A stretch of 64,000 nucleotides of DNA from an uncultured Candidatus Poseidoniales archaeon (lineage in GTDB: Archaea; Thermoplasmatota; Poseidoniia; Poseidoniales; CAYMED01). Below the pieces are notes generated by a model, which saw only the letters and a list, made by a program, of their open reading frames with translations, was not told the origin of the DNA and did no database searches. Location of the stretch: positions 1-64,000 of the forward strand of contig CAYMED010000014.1 in the NCBI GenBank assembly GCA_964389655.1, in the 5' to 3' direction. This document shows positions 10,653 through 20,778 of this stretch, one piece after another (position 1 is the first letter of the stretch; each line of letters starts with the position of its first letter). The translations under genes were made by a program, and so were the position numbers.

Positions 10653-11683
10653 ATTGGGGGCGTGTCAAAGCAATAGCATCCCGGAAATTCTCATCTATTC
10701 GGCGGGATCACAGGATGTTTGGTTTCATTGTCATAATGCCAGCGATACAGATACTGTTATTCGGTTTCGCAATCGGTGCCAGTCCAACTGGGCTGGAAGT
10801 CATCAGTGTTGGTGAACATCCAGTTATCGATCTGTTGGAGGATTCAGATAACCTCGTCATATCTCAATCAAGCGACCTTAAAGATGCTCGGACCAAGGTA
10901 GAATCTGGTGAAGCATGGGCAGTGATTGAAGCAGAAAACAATTCTTTAATTATCCATCTTGATGCATCAAATCAGCAGATTATGCAGACCATCATGGGTG
11001 AGGTTAGGTCCGCACTTGAAGATACTGCTCCGGCATTACCTCTAGAGATGGCAGACCCGATTCATGGTGAAAATAATTCAGAGTTCATTGATTTCCTTGC
11101 TCCTGGAATCATGGTTCTAGTTTGTTTTATGTTCTCGATAATATTGACGACCATGGCCTTCGTTGGTGAGCGGAATGATGGAACTTTAGATCGATTATTC
11201 GCTGCGGGAGTCAGACCATCTGAAGTGTTGCTGGGCCACCTTGGTGCCTTTTCCATCATATTAGTAGGACAAGTCAGTGTTGTAATTGCAATTGCGGTGG
11301 GGGTATTCGATATCCCGGTGAAGGGTTCTTTCTCTCTTTTGTTCATTCTTGGATTGTTGTTAGGTTGGGCAGCAATGTGTTTGGGATTGTTTCTTTCAAC
11401 CAAGGCTAAGAGCGAGTTCCAAGCCATGCAGTTAGTAATGCCAATTTTGTTCCCTGTATTGCTGCTCTCAGGTATCCTTTGGCCGGTTGAGGCACTCCCA
11501 ATCGTTCTTAGAGAAATCAGCATGGTATTGCCTACGACTTGGGCTTCTGAGGCATTCCGTTCCATCATGATGCGTGGGTGGGGGCTCTCATCTCCCGTGA
11601 TATGGCAAGCATTCCTTGTAGTGTTCGTGTTCGGGGCATTGATGTTGGTGGCTGCGATCAAGTCCCTCAAAATTCGATCATGA
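10649..11683 (+). CDS. ABC-2 type transporter permease
   Basis: TM1 + loop + 5 TM; ERNDGTLDRL and LLSG-x-LWP motifs; ATGA overlap with the ATPase stop codon. Confidence 0.93.
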   Translation: MNWGRVKAIASRKFSSIRRDHRMFGFIVIMPAIQILLFGFAIGASPTGLEVISVGEHPVIDLLEDSDNLVISQSSDLKDARTKVESGEAWAVIEAENNSLIIHLDASNQQIMQTIMGEVRSALEDTAPALPLEMADPIHGENNSEFIDFLAPGIMVLVCFMFSIILTTMAFVGERNDGTLDRLFAAGVRPSEVLLGHLGAFSIILVGQVSVVIAIAVGVFDIPVKGSFSLLFILGLLLGWAAMCLGLFLSTKAKSEFQAMQLVMPILFPVLLLSGILWPVEALPIVLREISMVLPTTWASEAFRSIMMRGWGLSSPVIWQAFLVVFVFGALMLVAAIKSLKIRS

Positions 11684-11741
11684 CTCACCAATCTAGTGAC
11701 TGATTAAAATCAATACGTTAGATCTAATTTCTAAAGGATCT

Positions 11742-12884
11742 TTACGCGGGTGTGGTATTGCTAAAAGAACGCACTTCAGCAAATAGACTTTTGAGCTGCC
11801 CGAGAACTTCTGAAATTCTCTTTTTGGCTTCTTGTAAATCTGAGGCCCTATTCTTTTTCACTTCAGTGAGATGGTCGAATGCACTTCTCATTTTGCTTCG
11901 CAATTCTTTGTAACGCTTCTCAAATTTATCGTGTGCATTTGCTGACAAATTACTCGATTTAGCAAGAGTTTTACGCCACTTTTCGTCCGATTTTGCAGTA
12001 TTGATTGCACGATCAGACGTCCTCTTTAAACCATGAGTTAATCCAAATATGTTCCAAAAACGAATCCACCATTTTGTTGGATCAAACTGCCACCAGCGAA
12101 TTCCATTTCTATAATCTGCAACGAATGCGTGATGGAAATTATGGTATCCTTCTCCAAGGGTAAGGAATGCTAAGATGTCATTATCCTTGGACGTGTTTGA
12201 TGAATCATATGGCTGCCTTCCAGTCCAGTGTGCTGCACTATTAATCAGAAATGTAGTATGATGAATCACAACGACTTTGATAAGACCACCCCAAACAAAC
12301 CCTCCAATTGCTCGGGCGAGCCACCCACCTGTTGATGGATAAATCAGCCCAATCACCCCTCCAACAATTGCTGGAAGAAAAAGTCCTACAAAAATTGCTA
12401 TTGGCCATAGCCATTTTTCCTGCCACCTAACGATCGGGTCTGCTTTGAGATCATCAACTCCTTCAACTGGGCGCTGTTCCCCAACATGAACGAATATCCA
12501 ACCCATATGTGACCAAAAAAAACCCTTTTTGGAGCTGTATGGGTCTGATGGATGATTGTCCACATATTTATGGTGAGATCGATGATCAGATGACCAACGT
12601 ACTATTGAATCTTGGAATGCGGACGCACCAAAAACCGCATAGAAAAGGCGCAAAGGCCAGCGCGCTTCATGGCTTCTATGTGAGAAACAGCGATGGTAAC
12701 CTCCCGTCACAGACATTCCTGTCATGAGATAAAATGCCAAAAGAATAGCAGGATCTGTCCAATATACACCAAAAGAGGTTGAATGCCACGCAACCCCTAC
12801 AATTGCCGCAATTGGGGTCATAATTAGGAATATACTTGAAACCCACTTGATTTTGTAGTTAGTAGAATCAACGGCTGTTTCCAT
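11742..12884 (-). CDS. Delta9-type membrane acyl-CoA (fatty acid) desaturase
   Basis: His boxes HRCFSH, HRSHH, HNFHH; INSAAH, GEGYHN and DPTKW motifs; basic helical C-terminal tail. Confidence 0.93.
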   Translation of the reverse strand: METAVDSTNYKIKWVSSIFLIMTPIAAIVGVAWHSTSFGVYWTDPAILLAFYLMTGMSVTGGYHRCFSHRSHEARWPLRLFYAVFGASAFQDSIVRWSSDHRSHHKYVDNHPSDPYSSKKGFFWSHMGWIFVHVGEQRPVEGVDDLKADPIVRWQEKWLWPIAIFVGLFLPAIVGGVIGLIYPSTGGWLARAIGGFVWGGLIKVVVIHHTTFLINSAAHWTGRQPYDSSNTSKDNDILAFLTLGEGYHNFHHAFVADYRNGIRWWQFDPTKWWIRFWNIFGLTHGLKRTSDRAINTAKSDEKWRKTLAKSSNLSANAHDKFEKRYKELRSKMRSAFDHLTEVKKNRASDLQEAKKRISEVLGQLKSLFAEVRSFSNTTPA

Positions 12885-13001
12885 ATTACGCCGAAACATG
12901 GGGGACCTATGAACACTGCACCTCATATTTTCAAAAAAATGTTCAAAGGTTTGAATATATTATTCCGGCAAGAATTTGAGGCGGAGGGCTGTCGGCGCGT
13001 C

Positions 13002-13565
13002 ATGACTGATGTAGTGATGACCACGACACAAGGAAAAATAAAGATTGAATTATTCACTAAAGAATTACCAATCACCACTGGCAGCTTCCTTTCTTTAGTC
13101 GATGAAGGCTACTTTACCGGATTACATTTTCATCGCGTGATTGAAGGCTTCATGATTCAAGGTGGCTGTCCTCATAGCAAAGATGCTAAAAGCAACCGAG
13201 CGGGGACAGGAGGACCCGATCCTGGCTCATCATTCACAACCGCAGATGGTCGACAGATGAATCGTTCCAAAGGTGGTCGTGGAGGAAACATTCCCGATGA
13301 GCACACTTCTCAGCATAGTAACGAGCCAGGGACCCTGTCTATGGCAAATACTGGTTCTCCAGACAGCGGAGGATCGCAATTTTTCCTGAACACCAAGCAC
13401 AATAATTTCCTCGATTGGTTCGACAAATCTAGCCCATCAAAACATCCTGTATTTGGGAGAGTGACCGAAGGAATGGATATTGTCCGGAAAATCGAGACCA
13501 CGCCAACAGATCGACAAGATAGGCCAAAGACACCACAACAGATTATTTCGGTGAAACGTGCTTAA
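13002..13565 (+). CDS. Cyclophilin-type peptidyl-prolyl isomerase
   Basis: FHRVIEGFMIQGG, LSMANTG, GSQFF and HPVFGRV motifs. Confidence 0.96.
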   Translation: MTDVVMTTTQGKIKIELFTKELPITTGSFLSLVDEGYFTGLHFHRVIEGFMIQGGCPHSKDAKSNRAGTGGPDPGSSFTTADGRQMNRSKGGRGGNIPDEHTSQHSNEPGTLSMANTGSPDSGGSQFFLNTKHNNFLDWFDKSSPSKHPVFGRVTEGMDIVRKIETTPTDRQDRPKTPQQIISVKRA

Positions 13566-13566
13566 T

Positions 13567-14133
13567 TTACGATTTACACGGCAATGGTAGATCACCAAAT
13601 TTTTCAACCATTAGGCGTGTCCTTAAATGGGCATAAATTCTCTTAAATGGAGGCCCATGAGGACGTAACCAATCTTGAAGATGATGATCATCGATTTTGG
13701 TTTGTTGAAATTTATCAGCACTTATCTTAGTACCTGGCTCAAAGCCTTCTTCGGCAAGGCGGGCCCAAACAATATGGTGAGAAAGTTCGTGGGCACATAC
13801 TGCCGCTACATGTCGCCTCCAATCTGAAGACTTAAATGATGAAATTTGGGGATCCTTTTCAAATCGCTTATATTCGGAAAAAATACCTTTTGAGGGACCT
13901 CTAACCGCACAAGCATGGAGATTTAGAGATATGCGAGGTGGGTGCCACCTCGCTTCTGAGCGCGCATATTTCCCGTCACCCCATTTCATTAGTAGGCGTA
14001 ATTGATCAATATCAAAGGGCGAACTAAGAAAAGTTAGAGACGCTGATGCTGCATCTTCCAGGCAGGATCGAGCCCAAGCCTCTACATCCTCAGTTTGGGG
14101 TGGCACAATATGTTTGAGGGGCTCTTCTTTCAT
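13567..14133 (-). CDS. SprT-like zincin metalloprotease
   Basis: HELSH (HExxH) plus downstream HGPPFK-x-I (SprT-type third ligand). Confidence 0.65.
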   Translation of the reverse strand: MKEEPLKHIVPPQTEDVEAWARSCLEDAASASLTFLSSPFDIDQLRLLMKWGDGKYARSEARWHPPRISLNLHACAVRGPSKGIFSEYKRFEKDPQISSFKSSDWRRHVAAVCAHELSHHIVWARLAEEGFEPGTKISADKFQQTKIDDHHLQDWLRPHGPPFKRIYAHLRTRLMVEKFGDLPLPCKS

Positions 14134-14147
14134 CGTTTTTTCCACAA

Positions 14148-14165
14148 CATAATTAATAAGTTATG
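14148..14165. promoter_or_regulatory. TATA box (TTAATAAG) flanked by inverted repeat CATAA-N8-TTATG in the divergent sprT-like/fumC promoter
   Basis: Read directly; the TATA lies 22-29 nt upstream of the fumC ATG. Confidence 0.5.
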
Positions 14166-14181
14166 ATTTGTTGGCGGAGGT

Positions 14182-15771
14182 ATGGTAAAACATCGGGCAG
14201 GGGACCGAAGAATTGTCAGCATTAGTTTGCCCGAGGATTTGGCACAAATGCTCGACAAAAAAGTCGGAAGAGGGCGGAAGGGTGGGCGCTCTGCAACGAT
14301 TGCGCAATTGATCCGAAAGGGGATTGAGGGGGCTGCTGTAATGCCAATCCCCACCATATCAAGGAAGGAATTTGTAACGTCTGCTGAAACTGTTCGTGTT
14401 GAAAAAGACAGCATGGGTGAACTTGATGTCCCTGGCGACCGTTATTGGGGGTGTCAAACTGCAAGATCCATGATTAATTTTGATATCGGTGAAGATTTAA
14501 TGCCGGGTGGGGTAATTCGAGGATTTGGTATTCTGAAGCAAGCAGCCGCCTCCACAAACAAAAAATTAGGGGAAATTGGGGAGGAAATCGCCGACTTGGT
14601 GGTTGCTGCTGCGAAAGAAGTTGCAGTGGGTGAGTTAAACGGCCACTTCCCCCTGAAAATTTGGCAGACGGGGTCTGGAACTCAAACGAATATGAATGTA
14701 AATGAAGTTATTGCGAACCGAGCAATTGAACTGTCGGGGGGGAAATTAGGAACAAAAAATCCGGTGCACCCAAATGACCACGTTAATAGGGGGCAATCAT
14801 CCAATGATACATTTCCCACGGCGATGCATATTGCCGCAGCTGAAACATTTACGCATCATTTATTGCCAGAGGTGCGGTTTCTCAGAAGTTGTTTATCAGA
14901 AAAAGCCAATGCATTTCACAAAATAACAAAACTTGGGAGGACCCATTTGATGGATGCGGTGCCCCTAACGTTGGGGCAAGAATTTAGCGGGTATATCTCC
15001 CAGTTGGATGCAAATATCACGCGTATTGAATCCACGTTAGATGATTTATTTGATTTGGCGTTGGGGGGAACTGCTGTTGGCACGGGGCTCAATGCACACC
15101 CACATTTTGCTGAAGATGTTGCTGCAAAGATTGCTGAATACACCGGCCTCCCATTTCGTTCTGCAGATAATAAATTCGCGCAGCTCGCAGCACACGATGC
15201 TGTAGTCGCCGCCTCAGGATCACTCAATACTTTGGCGGCTAGTTTGATGAAAATTGCAAATGACATCAGGTGGTTGGGGTCCGGGCCACGATGTGGCTTG
15301 GGTGAATTGACATTGCCTGAAAATGAGCCCGGTTCATCCATTATGCCTGGAAAAGTCAACCCAACACAGGCTGAAGCAATGACAATGGTGTGCTGCCAGG
15401 TAATGGGGAATCATGTCGCAATAACGATCGGAGGGAGTATGGGGAATTTTGAGTTAAATGTGTTCAAGCCCATGATTATTCACAACTTGTTACATTCTTG
15501 TCGGATTTTAGCAGATACTTGTCGTGCTTTTGGGGAGCGATGCGTGAAAGGGATTGAACCTATTGAGAAAAACATCAAGTCACATCTGGAAAATTCACTG
15601 ATGCTAGTTACTGCACTCAACCCACATATCGGTTATGACAACGCTGCAAAGATTGCGAAGTATGCTCACGAAAATGGGGTGACATTGAAAGAAAGCGCTA
15701 TTGAATCTGGTTTGCTGACAAGCGCTCAATTTGATGAATGGGTTGACCCATTGGTTATGACTAATTCGTGA
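14182..15771 (+). CDS. fumC: Class II fumarate hydratase with N-terminal ribbon-helix-helix domain
   Basis: [20 protein letters not shown] and signature [15 protein letters not shown]; N-terminal [15 protein letters not shown]...[10 protein letters not shown]. Confidence 0.95.
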   Translation: MVKHRAGDRRIVSISLPEDLAQMLDKKVGRGRKGGRSATIAQLIRKGIEGAAVMPIPTISRKEFVTSAETVRVEKDSMGELDVPGDRYWGCQTARSMINFDIGEDLMPGGVIRGFGILKQAAASTNKKLGEIGEEIADLVVAAAKEVAVGELNGHFPLKIWQTGSGTQTNMNVNEVIANRAIELSGGKLGTKNPVHPNDHVNRGQSSNDTFPTAMHIAAAETFTHHLLPEVRFLRSCLSEKANAFHKITKLGRTHLMDAVPLTLGQEFSGYISQLDANITRIESTLDDLFDLALGGTAVGTGLNAHPHFAEDVAAKIAEYTGLPFRSADNKFAQLAAHDAVVAASGSLNTLAASLMKIANDIRWLGSGPRCGLGELTLPENEPGSSIMPGKVNPTQAEAMTMVCCQVMGNHVAITIGGSMGNFELNVFKPMIIHNLLHSCRILADTCRAFGERCVKGIEPIEKNIKSHLENSLMLVTALNPHIGYDNAAKIAKYAHENGVTLKESAIESGLLTSAQFDEWVDPLVMTNS

Positions 15772-15772
15772 T

Positions 15773-16891
15773 TCAATTGCTTTTTTCTCGAAGGGAGCGA
15801 AGCTTGGCGCGCATCATTTCTCTGCGCTGCACATCCCCGTCGGGTTGCCTAGCCTCCTTGTTAGAGGATATTCGGCGCTCAAGCATTGTTGATTCAATTA
15901 TCAAAACGGCCCCATGAGAGCCGCCCACCACCATTCTTTTTCCCGAGGAAAAAAGTGATTCAATATCTTCACTACACGAAAGGAAGGATATAATCTCCCC
16001 AACCTCATTGACGATGGTGATCTTACCACCTGGGTGGGAAAGCACAATTGTATTTTTTGAATATATACGCGGGCCAAGCATGGCACCATGAGTTGGGAGT
16101 TCCAAGGAAGTCATCATTTCGCCATTTATTGAATATAATGAACCGTGTTCATCAACTGCAATTATGTGCCCACTTATTTGAACAAGGGATATGATCATCG
16201 AATCCACCAATTCAACTTCTTCATTGGTGGGCAAAAGGTGTAATTTTCCGCCAGACGTGCCGAGATACATTGTCGCAGCCGATGGGCACAAAGTTGTGCC
16301 AGGGGAATTGCCCGCCTCGATGTGGTTGAATCCAGCGGAGGAAATGTCCCCCATCCCTCCTTCCCACACAAGCACGCCACATCTCGGGCGTGCAAGGCTA
16401 AAGAACACGTCATCCCCGAGGGTAGACACGTCCCACATTCTTTCGCTAATTGTGTGGACCTCTAGAACCTCACCCGCAGGGGATATGTGCCAGATTCCTG
16501 CTTCCATATAATCCCCATACTCAATATCCCACACCGCTGATGTGGCAATAACTGAACCATCAGGTCGGGGAACAATGTGGTCCGACAAGCCTTCTAATTC
16601 AACCATCCAAAGCAGTTCGCCTGATTGGGATTCCAAACATGCAATGGACAAACCAAGTGCTAAAAACACATGAGTGTTTGATGGGACTATTCGATTGATA
16701 CGATCGATGAATGTAATCGACCATAATTCATCACCATCACCATTCCACCGAGTTACAAGCCCCTCATGGGATCCAGCAATCGTATGATCGCCATCTAAAA
16801 CAACAGCTGATACCGAAGAGCCAATATTGCGAACCGCCCATGCTGCATTGTCAATCTTAATCTCGGGCGCGGACAGGTTTACCCACTCCAA
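15773..16891 (-). CDS. WD40/PQQ-like beta-propeller protein
   Basis: Repeated G-x-x-LW and GxxxG-x-V/L blade patterns; charged C-terminal helix. Confidence 0.7.
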   Translation of the reverse strand: MEWVNLSAPEIKIDNAAWAVRNIGSSVSAVVLDGDHTIAGSHEGLVTRWNGDGDELWSITFIDRINRIVPSNTHVFLALGLSIACLESQSGELLWMVELEGLSDHIVPRPDGSVIATSAVWDIEYGDYMEAGIWHISPAGEVLEVHTISERMWDVSTLGDDVFFSLARPRCGVLVWEGGMGDISSAGFNHIEAGNSPGTTLCPSAATMYLGTSGGKLHLLPTNEEVELVDSMIISLVQISGHIIAVDEHGSLYSINGEMMTSLELPTHGAMLGPRIYSKNTIVLSHPGGKITIVNEVGEIISFLSCSEDIESLFSSGKRMVVGGSHGAVLIIESTMLERRISSNKEARQPDGDVQRREMMRAKLRSLREKSN

Positions 16892-16893
16892 GA

Positions 16894-17250
16894 TCAGACC
16901 GAAACGCGACGTATGTCAAGGAACCGGCCTTTTTGCTTCGCTAGCTCAATTGTTCTTAGTGTCCATTTAGATTTCACACCAGGCAATGCCAATACGTGAG
17001 TACACTCATTCACAATTCGCTCCATTAAATCAGGTTCTGCCTCGTCACCTCGCCAAATTGCTTCAATTACCTGCACGGGGATGTTATGATTGTCGGCATA
17101 TCGCCTTGCCATTTCATCCACCCCAGATGCGCCACCACAAATAATGCGAACAGGATGGCCGTGTGCTGTTATCCATGCATCAATTACGGCTTCGACATAG
17201 CCAAAATCGTAAAATTTTCGCGAGCCGATGATGGCAAGTCGGACATCCAT
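16894..17250 (-). CDS. SLOG superfamily protein (DUF2493/YspA-like)
   Basis: IIGSR-x-F-x-D, GGASGVD and T-x2-TIELA pattern; about 118 aa. Confidence 0.8.
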   Translation of the reverse strand: MDVRLAIIGSRKFYDFGYVEAVIDAWITAHGHPVRIICGGASGVDEMARRYADNHNIPVQVIEAIWRGDEAEPDLMERIVNECTHVLALPGVKSKWTLRTIELAKQKGRFLDIRRVSV

Positions 17251-17307
17251 GTACTCCACCAAGCAATATGGGCATATGCGCGGGTACGTATGAAGGCAAC
17301 GATGAAT

Positions 17308-18330
17308 TTATTCTCGCGAGGGAAGCCAAATTGTGGCCAAACCAGTCAGTAGTCCGAGCAAACACCCAACACCATAGTACCCCATCGTAAAAAATGCAAA
17401 AACCGAAGATAAACGCAGCATACTTGGGTCGCCAGATCGTCCCGCTATAGCTGCAATTACAATTCCAATCAATGACAAGAAAATAAATGCAAACCCCGCC
17501 ATAACGTAATAATTCGCCGCAGAAGGGTCATAGTGCGGGTTTGGATATTCTTCAGCCTCAGGGTTGTAAACATTTACGCCGGGCTCAGCATCAAGGCTTG
17601 CATTCCAAGCCGAAGATGGGTCCAAGATTAATTCGAGGTGCGTAACGCCGGGCTCAAAACCAACAGGACCTGACAAGAGAATGTGCCACCGCCGGGCATG
17701 CGTGCCATTGTGTGCTTGAACCCACATCCTTCCAGGGTCAAGCGCCTGAAATCTAAATTCACCATTTTGGCCTGTGTGAAGTGGATCCTTTGACAAATCA
17801 GATAGCGAGACTGACCAATTCACCGCAGGTGTGCCATCGTGCTGTAAAATCCGACCACTAAATATTGCTGAGTCTTGTGGGGCATCTTTGGCAAAATTCC
17901 AAATGATATCTCGGTGCTTGTATAGGCCACTATCTGGGACTGTAAAGTCAGCACCATTTAGCACGCCGAAAGCACAAGTAAAAACCACAATAATTGCGAT
18001 TATACGGGCCCTCATCGAAACGGGTTGGTTCGATGGGAGAAGGAGGGTGGTCCCTGTCGAGGCAAAAGTAGCGGTATCCACTTCGGGGAGGCTGAGTGAA
18101 GGTTTCCGCACATCCTCAACGGTTGACTCATAAACTAAAGGCCCAACAACATCATCCACTACTGTTTGTTTACCCCCTGTTGAACCTACATCGATGGTTA
18201 TATTTTGATGAGCGCCCCCCATTGCAACTGAGGCGGGAATTTCCAAATTTGATGGTGCATCTGATTTTGAAGATGCGTTTTCAAAAGCATTGGAAGGGGA
18301 CGGGACCGCCCCCCCATCCACCTCACCCAC
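17308..18330 (-). CDS. Membrane protein with carboxypeptidase-regulatory-like (Ig-like) domain
   Basis: FSGRILQHDGTP...TGQNGEFRF-x2-L-x-PG; one N-terminal and two to three C-terminal TMs; start uncertain (GTG 18330 or 18321). Confidence 0.7.
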   Translation of the reverse strand: MGEVDGGAVPSPSNAFENASSKSDAPSNLEIPASVAMGGAHQNITIDVGSTGGKQTVVDDVVGPLVYESTVEDVRKPSLSLPEVDTATFASTGTTLLLPSNQPVSMRARIIAIIVVFTCAFGVLNGADFTVPDSGLYKHRDIIWNFAKDAPQDSAIFSGRILQHDGTPAVNWSVSLSDLSKDPLHTGQNGEFRFQALDPGRMWVQAHNGTHARRWHILLSGPVGFEPGVTHLELILDPSSAWNASLDAEPGVNVYNPEAEEYPNPHYDPSAANYYVMAGFAFIFLSLIGIVIAAIAGRSGDPSMLRLSSVFAFFTMGYYGVGCLLGLLTGLATIWLPSRE

Positions 18331-19741
18331 CGGGGCACCCCTGAAATTGATTTTTAGGTAAGAGCGAAATGTGGGGTTTCTTTTTTGACAATAAACGGCC
18401 AAGAGTCGGTGAATCAATCCACAATTCAGTCACGAGTGAATTATTGTCGTTCTCATCGGGGTATTCTTGAATCACTAGGCCCATGTCATGGACGGTAGAT
18501 TGAAGGGCAGCTAAAGGAATTTCATGATCGCCTTTGAGTTGAAGATGCACGGGCGCTTCAAAAAGTATTGACAAAAATTCGTGGACAAGGGGTTTGAGCG
18601 ATGATTGGTCAAAAGCGGATATCGAAATAGGTGATGGGAGACCAAGACTTGTAACAACGTCCCTAGCAGACGCAATTTCTAGGGGTGAGGCTAAATCAGA
18701 TTTGGTAAGAGCGACCACAACCTCATTTTCTATTTTTTGAGACCGCACAGATATTTCACGCAGACTTGTTTCTATCTTCCTTTTAATTTCCGAAGGGGAG
18801 TTTGAGGCATCTACAACGAGGAGAGTTAGGTCTGCATCAAGACCCTCCGCTAGGGTGGATCGGAAGGCATCCAAGGCCTCTGAAGGAAGGCGGTCCATGA
18901 AACCAATCGTATCCACAATGAGGAGACGGGGCGAGGGAAGGAGGCGCCCAACTGTGGTATCAAGTGTGGCGAATAAGCGATCTGCCGCGTCAGCATATTT
19001 TCCGGTCAAAGCGGTAAATAACGTGGATTTCCCCGCATTTGTGTACCCAACAAGGCCAATTGTAAATGCACCACTGCGGCGTCTATGCCTTCGATGTTGA
19101 TTGTGCCCCGACTCATGTTTATTCCTTCGTCGGCGAAGGGTTGCTAATTCCTTATCGATGGCATCTAGTGATTCTGAAATGGCTGTTCTACCAGCTGAGC
19201 CATACCCCATGTGCTCACCCTTCACCTCAAGTTCAAGCACTTCACGGATTACTGCGCGATCTGCTTGGAGTTGGGCAATTCGAATTTGTGTGCGCGCCTC
19301 AATACTAGATGCGCGAGACGTAAACAGATGTAGTATTGCGCGTAACCGGTCCCAAACTTCAAGCCCGAGTGATTGCTGAATATTGACTATTTGGCGCGCA
19401 CTTGCGTGATCATCTATAACTGCCAAGTTCACACGCCCCCCATATTTCAGAGACAAAGAGGAAAACAATTCTTTGAGGCGCCCACTGCCAAGAAAAGTAG
19501 TTGGGTTTGGAACCCCACGTTGCTTCACAACATCGACAATATTGATCCCAATATTGCGTAAAATAGAGATGAATTCATCTTGTGAATCAGAACGTGATAA
19601 CAAGATTGCATCTCTTCCAAAATGGGGGGGGGGATAACCCCCTTCTTTCTCTAACGAGGGGGAAAATAGATGCTTGGCGACCTCGGTCAAACTACCCCTC
19701 ACACTCAATGACACGGGGAGGACAACAATAAGCACACTCAT
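18323..19741 (-). CDS. hflX: GTPase HflX
   Basis: GYTNAGKST, LFATLDTT, DTIGF, TKSD; N-terminal HflX domain (LGSGR, WDR). Confidence 0.95.
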   Translation of the reverse strand: MSVLIVVLPVSLSVRGSLTEVAKHLFSPSLEKEGGYPPPHFGRDAILLSRSDSQDEFISILRNIGINIVDVVKQRGVPNPTTFLGSGRLKELFSSLSLKYGGRVNLAVIDDHASARQIVNIQQSLGLEVWDRLRAILHLFTSRASSIEARTQIRIAQLQADRAVIREVLELEVKGEHMGYGSAGRTAISESLDAIDKELATLRRRRNKHESGHNQHRRHRRRSGAFTIGLVGYTNAGKSTLFTALTGKYADAADRLFATLDTTVGRLLPSPRLLIVDTIGFMDRLPSEALDAFRSTLAEGLDADLTLLVVDASNSPSEIKRKIETSLREISVRSQKIENEVVVALTKSDLASPLEIASARDVVTSLGLPSPISISAFDQSSLKPLVHEFLSILFEAPVHLQLKGDHEIPLAALQSTVHDMGLVIQEYPDENDNNSLVTELWIDSPTLGRLLSKKKPHISLLPKNQFQGCPGG

Positions 19742-20778
19742 TCATGCGGCCCTAATGCAAGATTGATTATCCGGCGGTCGAGGTTTGAAAGAGGCTTTTC
19801 ATTTGGAAGGACGTATTTACCAAGGACTAAGGGGATGGCTGTGGTATTGAGTGAATACACTTCAATTTCCCAGTGTTGATGGGAAAGACGGTGAGATATT
19901 ATCCCATGAAATTTACTATCTCCTAATTCCAACACGATCAATTCTGCCAAATTATGCAATGGAGCTTTTTCAAATGATATTGGGGGGGACCACATCCCCT
20001 CGAGTAGGCCTGATGGGCGGGGGTTTAACCAGATCCGACCATTATTATTGAGAATAATTGCGGCGCCATAGTGTTGAGTTACTGGACGCTTGCGCGGAGA
20101 TGGATATTGGGTTGGGTTGCTTTTTCCAAGGCAAATTTCAGTTAATGGACATGATTCGCAATTTGGGTTGCGAGGAGTACATATTAGCGACCCTAAATCC
20201 ATCATGGCTTGATTCCAATCCCCTGGTCGTGATTGATCGAGTAATTCATCGGCACACGTTTTTATTGCTTGTGGGCGAGCTTCCTCCCAACCTAAAAGGC
20301 GCGAGATAACCCTCCTTACATTTCCATCTACACATGCTGCGGGCTCACCAAAGGCAATCGAGGATACAGCGGCAGAGGTATACGGGCCCACCCCCGGTAA
20401 GTCAAGTAGCCGTTCTCTAGATTGAGGGAAGCCTGTTTCAACAATCTGTATTGCTGCTAAACGGAGATATCTGGCGCGGCGATAATAACCACACCCTTGC
20501 CATGCTTTCAGGACTTGTTCCTCGGAGGATGTGGCCATGGATTTGGGAGAGGGGAAGCGTTCAACCATTGCGCCCCAGAGTTGACTTATTGTCCCTACTC
20601 TGGTTTGTTGTAGAAGGACCTCAGAAAGAAGAATTAGCCAGGGATCCTCAATCCCCCTCCAGGGCATTTCTCTTCCATTAGAGCCATACCATTTGAGTAA
20701 GCGCTGGCGAGAAGAGGAAATGGCCGATATGTCAAAGCAGGCAAGATGCTTCCCCTCACCTGTGAATTCTTCGGACAT
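19738..20778 (-). CDS. mutY: A/G-specific adenine DNA glycosylase
   Basis: PWR, SEVLLQQT, HhH LPGVGPYT, VDGNVRRV, Fe-S loop C-x6-C-x2-C-x5-C. Confidence 0.95.
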   Translation of the reverse strand: MSEEFTGEGKHLACFDISAISSSRQRLLKWYGSNGREMPWRGIEDPWLILLSEVLLQQTRVGTISQLWGAMVERFPSPKSMATSSEEQVLKAWQGCGYYRRARYLRLAAIQIVETGFPQSRERLLDLPGVGPYTSAAVSSIAFGEPAACVDGNVRRVISRLLGWEEARPQAIKTCADELLDQSRPGDWNQAMMDLGSLICTPRNPNCESCPLTEICLGKSNPTQYPSPRKRPVTQHYGAAIILNNNGRIWLNPRPSGLLEGMWSPPISFEKAPLHNLAELIVLELGDSKFHGIISHRLSHQHWEIEVYSLNTTAIPLVLGKYVLPNEKPLSNLDRRIINLALGPHE

